A DNA stretch of 64,000 nt from Phallusia mammillata (lineage: Eukaryota), in NCBI GenBank assembly GCA_965637545.1, contig OZ281500.1, forward strand, positions 7,254,001-7,318,000, read 5' to 3'. Every line of letters starts with the position of its first letter. The first letter of the stretch is position 1. Position numbers and translations under genes: made by a program. Shown in pieces: positions 1-10,441 of this stretch. The notes beneath the pieces are model-generated. The model saw only the letters and a program-made list of their open reading frames with translations, was not told the DNA's origin and searched no databases.

Positions 1-415
1 GGGTGGGTTTTTTACTCACGACTTTGATTTAATGTTAAGACGGTTAAGCAGGAGAGCATTGTATAAGGATTTGTTCACTAAGTTTGTGATAATTAGGCGA
101 TATCACACGAACGACTCCGTTTTATCAAGTGTTTTGACATTTTTGCTATCGTCAGAAAATAAAATGCAAAGAGATTTTATTTTGTTAACGCAATAGATCA
201 TTATAAATCCATTGTCTTTTGTGACTTCACTACAAAATTTTTCACTACCAGGACTTTTTTATCTAAGTTTTTTGCAGTCATGGCCTTGTCATAGGCTTTA
301 GCAAACAATCAAGTAAGCATGTAAAAATGTCACCAAATCACCTACGACATCATTCGCCTAATTGTCACGTTATTTCAGTCAAAAGGTCTATTAATACTGT
401 AACTTTTTCAAATAG

Positions 416-3400
416 GCAAAGTAGACGATGAAGTGTGGCGCTTCTTCCTAACTGGTGGAGTGGCTCTTGATAATCCTCATCCCAATCCAGCTCCTGAGTG
501 GTTCCAGGATAAGTCGTGGTCGGAAATTGTGCGTGCTTCCAACCTTAAAAACCTCAAAGGGCTGATGGATCACTTCAAGACGAACCCTAATAGCTGGAAA
601 ACTGTATATGACTCTGCCAACCCCCATACTGACAAGTAAGAAACTTGGATTACTAAATTGCTTTATCCTCGGTCAAGCAGGATTGCGCTAGTTGCGTTTA
701 GGTTAGTATGGTAAAAATACCAAGCTTGTCGTTAGGTCAGAAAAACTCTGGCTGCTCAAAAATATTAGAAAATTAAACACGTGATAAACCAAATTAGTTT
801 GTATCACAGTGATATTTTTTTCTGTTGAAATTTGGTTTTAACATAATTAGTACAGTAGTAGTTAGCTCCCTACTGAACAAAGAAGGCTTAGGCTTTGTAT
901 TTTTTATGCCCAGGTCGAACCTATGTTATTGATACATAAATAACGATTATAACAATAAAAGTACTTCGGCTTATTTCATCCTTAGGGCCTTAGAACACTA
1001 CACTAGCAGCTATAAATTTTTTCCTCGTCTTCATTGACCCAAATGGCATAATTTCTAATAGATTTCCGGACAAATGGAACACCCTGTCGGGTCTTGACCG
1101 CATGGTGGTGTTGCGGTGTTTGCGACCCGACAAAGTGGTGCCAGCAGTGCAGGATTTTATCGTGGACGAAATGGGCCGAGCCTTCATTGAACCTCCGACC
1201 TTTGACCTCGCAGGGTCGTACAGTGATTCAAGCTGTTGCACTCCGCTAATCTTCGTCCTATCACCCGGCGCTGATCCCATGGCCGGTAAGGTTGTTTTGC
1301 TTTAAAAATGGTTTTAAAACCCTGTTGCCCATTGCAGAGTATTTTGCTATGCTAAGTAGCTAGGTGCTGGGTATATCCTAATGCCCAACAGCCTTTCAAA
1401 CGTCTTGTTTAAGTCATTGTTTACTATAGTCCATTGCATATGTCTTCTTTATTATAGGCGTATCAATCAAACTTTCGGGCCCAAACGGGCTTTTCCAAAA
1501 CGATTCGGGTTCGGGTCGGGCTTCAGGCATATACTTACGGGTTCGAGCTCAAACTTCGGGTCCGTTTACAACTCTGGACTGACCTATAAATTTTTATGAA
1601 TAAGTTTTGACCGAATGCACTTCGTCATTTAGTCAAGCCGAAATAGATTTTGAGACTTTTGCTTGTATTTTTGTTTTTAGGCTTGTTGAAGTTTGCTGGA
1701 GACCGTGGATTCGGAGGAGATCGTATTGGAACCATTTCACTTGGACAGGGACAAGGACCGATTGCACAGAAAATGATAGATGATGCTACGTTGAAAGTAA
1801 GCATGCCACAAAGCACACGACACAACTAGTTCAATTTTAACGAAATAGTGTCTTGATAATATTTGACCACTTAAGCTTTAAGGCTTTATGTCAGCAATCT
1901 GTTGAAGATGCATTTTAATTATTTGTAGGGCACCTGGGTTGTGCTGCAGAACTGTCACTTGGCAACAAGCTGGATGGCAACACTGGAAAAGATTTGCGAG
2001 GAAGTGATCGTACCAGAAAACACACATAAAGATTTCCGGCTTTGGCTTACAAGTTACCCGTCCGAAAAATTTCCTGTACCAATCCTGCAGGTAACTTAAC
2101 AGCCCCAATTCCACAACTTCCCAAAATTCCAAACTAATTCAATTCCGTTGCTTGACTTTTATAACCTCTTTGGTGTTATTTTTTTTAAGTTCGGTATTAT
2201 GACTATAGTTTGACCATTTTAGGCTTTGTATATAATTTTAAACGCTAAAGCAAAACTTAATTTAGCACTTTTTGGTAAATCTACAGGTAAATTCAGTACC
2301 TTGTTCAGGAAAACCGAAAACCGGGTCGTTTTTGATTGATTTTAAAAAACAAATCATGTCGTTTGTAACAGAACGGTGTGAAAATGACGAACGAGCCTCC
2401 GAAGGGACTTCGAGCAAATTTGCTTCGCTCTTATCTTAATGATCCCATATCTGATCCTGCCTTCTTCGCAGCTTGCAACAAACCAAAGGTAAAATAGTTT
2501 CCACGTTTACATTATCTGAATTGGAACATATCCACAAAAATAAAAACAACAATTAGAGACTGCGTAAAAGATAAACATCATTAAGACAAATATTGTCGAG
2601 ATTATCAATGGAACCCAAAGAAAAGAACATCCAGAGATTTTTTATAAGTTTGTGATATTAACGATGCTTGTTACATCTTGGCGTTGAGAAAAAAGTCGTT
2701 GCAGAATGCAGACCATTTTTGGCTATTACAACTGTGTGTAGACCTGTAAGACTCCTGTAAAAAAAGTATTTTGTGCTGTTATTAGAACTTTTGGTAAACG
2801 GTTATGTTTTACATTCTGTTTTTTAGGAATGGAGAAAACTCCTTTTCGGTTTGTGCTTCTTCCATGCAATGGTGCAGGAACGTCGCAAGTTTGGTCCTTT
2901 GGGTTGGAATATTCCTTATGAGTTCAACGAATCCGACTTGCGAATCAGCATGAGACAACTACAGGTATGACCCAACTACAGCAAAGCACAATACAAACTG
3001 CAGAATGTGATATCAACTTATCTATACATTTGTGTCATGTGTTATGTTGTATATTCAAAACCTCATGCAACATGTTGTTTTGTACCACAATATATTACAG
3101 ATTTTTAAATAGATTTTCTTGCTATTTTTGCACAAAAAGCGTGAAACAATATCTAAGTTATGTATTCCCATCTTTGTTATCCCTAGATGTTCTTGAACGA
3201 ATACGATGAACTTCCATTGGTTGCGCTGTCTTATCTGACTGGTGAATGTAACTACGGTGGTCGTGTCACCGATGATAAGGACAGAAGACTTCTCCTCTCG
3301 CTTCTGTCCATTGTAAGTGCAGTGAAATTGGTCCGCAATCACTACAGAATTTCCATTATTAATTGTGAAATGTGATTACAATTTATGTGCAACAAAAAGT

Positions 3401-6400
3401 TTCTTGGACGATTGAGTTTACACGCTGAGAAAAAAGTTTCTATGTAACACTTTCTATCTGAATTTAAAGCATTGCTTTTCGTGGGTTCGCCTATTTCAAT
3501 TCTGAAGCAAAATCTTATACCTTATAGAAAACGGTGAAGCGTATGAGGTAGCTCGTGATGATTTTCGAAATTATTTGGGAAAATTCTGTTTATTATAAAT
3601 GTTTGTTTTAAATTTAGACGTATGTAGACAAAATTGTGCTAGACGACTCTTACACCTTCTCACCAAGTGGAATGTACAAAGCTCCACCCGATGGGTCGTA
3701 CCAATCCTACCTTGACTATGTCAGAGAACTGCCATTAGTTCCACACCCTGAGGTACGACTGGTTTTAATCGCTGTACTGTTTTTTCGCATCGATTTTATA
3801 TTTGTGTTGGCATTTTTAAACGATAAGTATAATGTTTCTTGCGTGTATTGCGTAACAATGAAAACCAACGTGATCAGCTTAGGGAAACAAATGACAAATG
3901 TTGTTGTTTTAAATCTGAACAATAAAATTTTAAATTTAATACATGAAAAATTAATATAAGGATTCGCCAAGCAGCGTACCCGCCAAAATTGGTGGTTTCT
4001 TTGCCCGTTTTTGTTGTAATTGGTTTATGCATGTGGGCGAACTTTTTTCTGTTTGTGGTGCTCGTTGCCTGAATCGACCGCGCACAAATCAGCACAAAAG
4101 ATTGTCCGAATCATGCAGTCACTAGCGTATTTAGGGGGGGGGGGGGGGGGGGGGGCAAGGTGATGGCCCCCCCCTCAAGAAATTTTGACAGGCTGTTTTA
4201 GTATTAAATCTTGTAATTTCAGACAAAACTGTGAATAGCAATGTGCGCCATTTTGTTTAATGTGCGTAACGCATTGAATGCTTGTCACATATCTCAATAA
4301 ACAATGAATGCCAATCCAGGCCACTTGGCGTCCAACTGCGCGTATGACGTTACAATGGATTTTATAATAACTTTGTTACGTCACACTCATACAAGTGAAG
4401 ATAATTCACAATATGATTAAGAGGCAACCACTGTTAGAAACAACTGTGTCGAGTGTTGAAAAGTGTTACATGAACACGATCGAATCGTGACTATAACGTT
4501 CGTTACTTACAGCAAGAGTAAGGGCTTCACAGGGCCTTAGGCTAACCAGCATTTAGTTGATATTGCGAGTTTAATAGGCACAACAGGTGCTAACAGAGAG
4601 GTCTACACAGTCTACCGCAAGGTGGCGCACTTGTCGCCGCAAGGTGGCGCACTTGTCACCGCAAGGTGGCGCAATGTATTTTATGCTGTTGCCCCCCCCC
4701 CCCCCCCCTAAAACCGATCCTAGATACGCCACTGCATGCAGTCTACACTTTAAAATGATTATCGTGACGAAGAAAGAATACATAGGCTTATAAATGAAAT
4801 TGAAAGCATATCCGCTCTAAAACTTTTCCTCATTTGTCGAAAACAGTGATTTTTTGGGATTTCTGCTCAATGGTCACTTGTATAGTTTATAAAAAACCTG
4901 TTATTTATGCCGTAGCGCGCTTTTTTGTATTGTCTATCGACTGTTGTCTCATAAAATGCTCCGGTTGCTTAGACGAAAATTACCTTAAAGCTAAAGTATC
5001 TGTATTTTTTCCCAGGTATTTGGATTACACGAGAATGCGGACATTACCAAAGACAACCAAGAGACTCTCCAGCTTTTCGACAGCATCCTCCTTACTCTTC
5101 CGCGTCAGTCCGGAGGCGGAGGAAAATCCCCGGAGGAGGTGATCAACGATCTGGCGTCCGACATCCTCACCAAACTCCCGCCTGATTTTGACCTTGAAAT
5201 GGTGATGAAGAAATATCCTGTGGTCTACGATGAATCGATGAACACTGTTTTGAGGTGAGAGGGCTAATAGAATATGTTTAATTGAAGGCAGTACTGAATT
5301 ATACTGTATTGTGCGCCAACATATCAATAGGATGTGGATGTTTTATGCAATGTATTTTCTTTATTCAATCTTGCCCTTTTTAGGAAAAGGCAAAAGCCAG
5401 TAAAAACCACAATGCACACTTCACATGTAGGCTAGAAATAGTCGATATTAACAGTCAAGAACAACTTACAATAAAAAAGATACCTTGTTCTAAACTTTAG
5501 GTTATAAATAGCAATCTCATTAAATTTATTGCAATGTTTTGCTTTGTTTGCATGTTTGTAAACAATGCCGTATTTTTTTCATTTGAAATCCAAAATCCAA
5601 AAACCGTTTTGTTTTTAGACAAGAGCTGATTCGGTTCAATCGTCTGACAGCGGTTGTGCGTTCCAGTTTGGTGAACTTGCGAAAGGCGATTATCGGTTTG
5701 GTTGTGATGTCTTCGGAACTGGAGGAAGTTTTTACATCAATGTTGGTCGGCAAAGTGCCAGCGATGTGGGCATCCAAGTCCTACCCTTCACTCAAACCAC
5801 TAGGAGGATATGTCACTGGTAACTGAAAGTTTACACCTTGTTTGTTTTATATTTATGGGTATAAACGAAACAATATACAAAAGTTTGGATTTTATGTGCT
5901 CATGTGGTTCTGCTGTTTTTGAGTTTTTTCTTAGAAAAGAGTTGTTTTTATATATTTTATGTGTGCAAAAATGATAAAAGCGGTCTTGTCTGCTTGACCG
6001 CCATTTTTTGGTCGAATTTTTACAGTTATGTAACGGTCATACAAAATGCACAACGTTCTGAGTGTGAGCAAAAAGAAGTACGTGTTGGCTTCATATAGTT
6101 TGTGTTAATTTTCTTCTAACACTCCTGTCAGTTTAAGTACATTTAATTGTCTTAAATTAGTATTTGTTTTGGTCGAAAGTGTCATGATGAAATTTTACTT
6201 TGGTTTAGATCTCCTGGCACGTCTTCAATTCTTCAACGACTGGATCCAGAATGGAATTCCCAACGTGTTTTGGATCTCTGGATTTTACTTCACCCAATCT
6301 TTCCTTACAGGCGCATCGCAGAACTACGCCCGCAAGTAGGTGTCGGTTTCTTATGTTAAAAGGCCATTTACCAGTATTTCTTAACCATTAAAAGTTTCTT

Positions 6401-7160
6401 TGTAAAATATCAATAGCTAATTTTGTAAACAACTTGTAGATACACTATTCCAATTGATCACATCGGATTTGAATTTGAAGTCCTAAGCTTCGAGCACGAG
6501 GACGAGATTAGTCAAAAACCTGACGACGGTATGTTCAAAAGCTAAAATATTCCAGCTTTGTCACATAAAATTTAATCTGCTTCCTTTCTTGTTGATTTAG
6601 GAGTGTACGTTCGGGGTTTGTTTCTGGAAGGAGGCCGATGGGATCGCGAAGCCATGCAAATGGGCGAATCCCTTCCCAAAGTTCTGTTTGACAACTTACC
6701 CATACTTTGGCTGAAACCGGGTGAAAACTCGAAATTTGTGCCAAAAGCCGCCTACACATGCCCCGTGTATAAAACCAGCGCCAGGCGAGGCACCCTTTCC
6801 ACCACTGGTAACAAGATAACTTAGATTAGAAGTAGGCCTAGATTTAGATAAATTAGACTTTGTTCAATTTTGTTGTTTTGCAACGAGATGGAATGAGATC
6901 ATATAACGATTATTTTAACAGCCTACTCGTTTTTAACTATGCCTTAACTAAATATTTCCGATTCGAACATTGTTTCGGTGTAACTCAACTCAACTGCAAT
7001 AGACTCCAGCAATATATAGCTATACATTAGCCTGCTAACTAAGTGTTGCTTATTAGGTCATTCCACAAATTTTGTGATGATGATGCAACTGCCAACTGAC
7101 AAGCCCCAGAGCCATTGGATTAACAGAGGAGTGGCTATCCTCTGTCAATTGGACGACTAG
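416..7160 (+). CDS. DNAH3: Axonemal dynein heavy chain, C-terminal part (AAA6 and C-terminal domain); the gene starts upstream of the window
   Basis: In-phase GT-AG exons: 416-635, 1062-1285, 1681-1796, 1929-2090, 2372-2488, 2827-2964, 3187-3312, 3618-3752, 5016-5254, 5619-5818, 6209-6335, 6440-6528, 6601-6807, 7057-7160 (TAG). Motifs include [83 protein letters not shown] and [13 protein letters not shown]. These match the single-headed inner-arm group; the [13 protein letters not shown] and DITKDNQET wording favours DNAH3 over DNAH7/12. Confidence 0.88.
1471..1576. mobile_element. One-ended remnant of a hAT-like DNA transposon in a dynein intron
   Basis: Clustered TCGGG(T/C) subterminal motifs end in CGTTTACAACTCTG, the reverse complement of a CAGAG-type terminus. 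I found no partner end or TSD. Confidence 0.4.
4120..4734. mobile_element. Non-autonomous hAT-type element (MITE) with 8-bp TSD
   Basis: Imperfect TIRs CACTAGCGTATTTAGG / CCTAGATACGCCACTG (13/16). Identical flanking 8-mer CATGCAGT at 4112-4119 and 4735-4742. Subterminal poly-G and poly-C runs, plus about three internal copies of CGCAAGGTGGCGCA. Confidence 0.85.
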
Positions 7161-7655
7161 ATCACCACCCTTACCACCTTGCCCTGACTGTGTGTTGTGT
7201 GTGTTATCATTCTTACCACTAGCGTGTTTGTTTTTAAAGTGTATTCGTTCATCGTTATCTTTACAATCCTGTATAAAGCTAAACTAAACAACTTCTTTCC
7301 ATTATATTCCACTGTGCTTGCAAAATTTAGATGATTTAAATGGTTGACTATAAGTAGGCTATTTTGTTTTAGCGTGTTCCTAGTTATTTCTTGTCTTGTT
7401 GAGTTTTTTTTTGTAAAAACAATTGATTTGCGAAGCGCGTTTGATAACGCAAAAATAAAAAAAATACATTTTGGCGTGATTTATAGCCTATACTTGTGTA
7501 TAATACGACATTGCGTTGATGTCCAGTTCAGCTTGTAGACATGGTGGTGGTGGATACTGAGACTGGAGAGACAAGTTAATTCAAAACTGTACACGACCGG
7601 ATTGTTTTTCTCAGTCGCTTCGGATGTAATTATGGGTATTGCGCAGGTGTGTGAT

Positions 7656-8701
7656 CAGGGTTGCCAGGTGGCCTAAAATTCGGACAAAAAACGATAAATT
7701 GGCCTAATTTCACATGCTGTGTCCGACGCCTAAAAATCATTAGGACATTTAGTTTTTTGTCCTAATATGTCCGAATTTTGCTATATGTCCGAAAATCCTA
7801 TTTTTTGAAGGTTGCAAACCTTTTTAACGACAAAACGTGGCTTAAAACTGCAACTTGTTTTGGTTAGTGACTTGTTTATGACGTTAAACACATAATTGCC
7901 TACCAGTGAATGTCTGGCCATTGTTGTGTACAATGCAAATGTGTTGTAATAAACGGTTATCTCTGGTGATATGAAGCAGCAACTTGACGAAACATTTTTT
8001 AACGTTGCTAAAACCAATGATAAACGCTACAGCAACGTGTTTGCAATTGCCGACTAAGTATTATTTTAAACATGTCTTTTTTTTGTCAAACATGGGAAGT
8101 TTGTCATGTTTTACGTCAACCCTTTGCATTTTTCTAAAACTCGCGCTTATGAGTGTAGGAAACGTAAGCGCACAAAAATGGGTCACGTCTAAAACTGCGG
8201 GCCCGCTTGGCCCACTTGGCCCGCTTGGTCCAGCACTTGGCCCGTTTTGTCCTGCGAGAGACGGGCCAAGCAATGGATATTGTGGGCCCGCAGTTTTTCC
8301 TTGCAAGAGACGCGACAAGCACTGGATATAGCGGGCCCGCAGTTTTTATACTTGCAAGAGACGCGACATCACTGGATATAGCGGGCCCGCAGTTTTTATA
8401 CTTGCAAGAGACGCGACAAGCACTGGATATAGCGGGCCCGCAGTTTTTGTACTTACGAGAGACGCGACAAGCACTGGATATAGTGGGCCCGCAGTTTTTC
8501 AATTGCATGAAGTGCTGGGCCAAGCGGGCCAAGTGATCCAAGTGGGCCCGCAGTTTTAGACGTGACCGCACAAAAATGGCTGTTGGTACCTCGATATTGA
8601 TGCCTTGTTTGCAATTATACGCTCTCGTTTTTTTTGTCCTAAAATGTCCGATTTTCAGACAAATATTGTCCGAATCCAATCGTCACTACCTGGCAACCCT
8701 G
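7656..8701. mobile_element. Non-autonomous hAT-type element with 8-bp TSD, carrying a nested insertion
   Basis: TIRs CAGGGTTGCCAGGT / ACCTGGCAACCCTG. TSD TGTGTGAT at 7648-7655 and 8702-8709. Confidence 0.9.
8181..8567. mobile_element. Foldback/Mutator-like element nested inside the hAT element
   Basis: TIRs GGTCACGTCTAAAACTGCGGGCCC / GGGCCCGCAGTTTTAGACGTGACC. Flanking direct repeat GCACAAAAATG at 8170-8180 and 8568-8578. About 4.5 internal tandem copies of a ~51-bp unit (CACTGGATATAGCGGGCCCGCAGTTTTT...GAGACGCGACAAG). Confidence 0.85.
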
Positions 8702-8752
8702 TGTGTGATACGTTGATTGTGAATTGTTGTCTTGTCTGTGGTTGGTGGTTAG

Positions 8753-9405
8753 CAGGGCTGCCAAAGCTTGGGTTTTGCCCCAAGATCTTGGGTTTTTACT
8801 TGACGTCTTGGGTTCTTGGGTTTTATTTTGAAAATTATAGCAATTCTTGGGTTTTGAGTCTTATTGATGAAATAGATATATGTAAGAACTATTTTAACGA
8901 GAAAAGTTTTTCGGGTAGCTGCACTGTTTGGGCCATTTTATCATCTCTTTTATTTTCTCTCTATTCTAGACCTTAATTCTTTCTAGATAAGTATACAGTG
9001 AAAGCAATCGTTATACTCAAAAATGCAAATAGATCAATGTTCGTTAAACATAAAAACTGCGAACCATCAAAGAAGTTTTAAAGCTTTTAAATATACTGTA
9101 GACATTACTAATTTTATGAAAAAGAAAACAGATGATGATCATCAAACAGCCAAGAGTGAACTGGCGATTGCTGCATATTTTATTGAACATAATATTCCCT
9201 TTGCTTGCATTGACCATTTCCTACCAAAAGTTTGTAAAGTTGCATTTCCGGACTGTAAATTGTCAAATATTTGTCAATGAAACGAGTAAATTTCCTAATT
9301 AGTTGCATTTCTAACCACATTTTGCATTCTTGGGTTTTCATTTAAATTCTTGGGTTATTTTGCTGTGAGTCTTGGGTTTTGTTGAAATTCTCATTGGCAG
9401 CCCTG
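8753..9405. mobile_element. Internally deleted hAT element with transposase relic
   Basis: TIRs CAGGGCTGCCAA / TTGGCAGCCCTG. TSD GTGGTTAG at 8745-8752 and 9406-9413. Repeated TCTTGGGTTTT subterminal motifs. Internal ORF 9023-9280 reads KSELAIAAYFIEHNIPFACIDHF...FPDCK, resembling the N-terminal part of hAT transposases. Confidence 0.88.
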
Positions 9406-10441
9406 GTGGTTAGTGGCTGTTTGCCTGAGGCAACTACAAATGTTGACTGTAGGTTTCCAATGTGCTCTATTGCAGCAGATTCTAAATGGAAAGACGGCAT
9501 TTATTGTAGTTTCAGGCGTTAAGAACGCTTTGTTGCTTGCTTTGGTATTGTTTATTTGAAACTTTTCCCAATAATTATGAAACAGTAAAATTAAGCTGTA
9601 AATATCATGCCAGTAAGATTTTAGACTTTCAGTTGTTTGTGTTTGTACTAATTTGTGAAATAAATTGATGTCAATAGCTGAATTGATCTCAAAAAATTAA
9701 TATTGTAAGCCCACACGATATGAGTATATGACATACAAATGGTCATGAGTTTTTTTTTAGATTCTGCATTTTAGATTACAAAAATGCAGCTATGTGCAGG
9801 AGTAAAATATAATTTTGTATTTTGGGCAGATATTTTGTGACTGTTCCAGAATAAATGGATCAAGCAGACTATACCAGTTTGAAAAATGACATAATGTATA
9901 AACCCTAATGTTCTGAAGTTTAATAGACAGTACATAGCCTAAGTATGCAGTTTTTATTCATATGCTATGGTGGGCACAATATTGTTAAAAAACATACACA
10001 GTTTTAATGATCTTTGAAATATGTATGCAGATTTTTTTAAGGTTTGGTTTGGGTGACCGCTAAGTAGTTTTTAGAGACCACAAGTGTTTCATTTAAATAC
10101 CAAAAAATAGCCATATTTGCTTATTTGGGAAACCGCTGGAGAAATTTGACACCTTAAAAAAAACACTGTATGTATGTACTTGCTCATAAACAACATTATG
10201 TCTTTGAGTGTGTTTTTTGTGTGTAAACTATAATTTTTGTCAATGCATTGCATAAAAAAAACATGAAAAAGGCTATAGCACCTGTTATGAGCAAAAACAT
10301 TGGACATTAGCAGTGATATAAACTGCTGTGTTAGCAATCTTACATAGCATGAATCATTTTTACATACTGTTCTGTCATAGGAACCTTTGAACCCAATTAG
10401 ATAGTACTTTGTTTGTGGTCTATGGTTGTGGAGACAACAAC

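Noticed and set aside
7440-7600. Possible operon junction between the dynein gene and the TGN38-like gene (AATAAA followed by an AG)
   Set aside because: The next coding exon is about 3 kb away, and I found no credible linking exon.
8265-8500. Regularly spaced ~51-bp repeats that superficially resemble a CRISPR array
   Set aside because: The units are contiguous with no unique spacers, sit inside a TIR/TSD-bounded element, the context is eukaryotic, and there are no cas genes.
8061-8679. Overlapping ORFs of 85-181 aa in the ORF track
   Set aside because: They are translations of the GC-rich tandem repeat in the nested transposon, with no splice or protein-family support.
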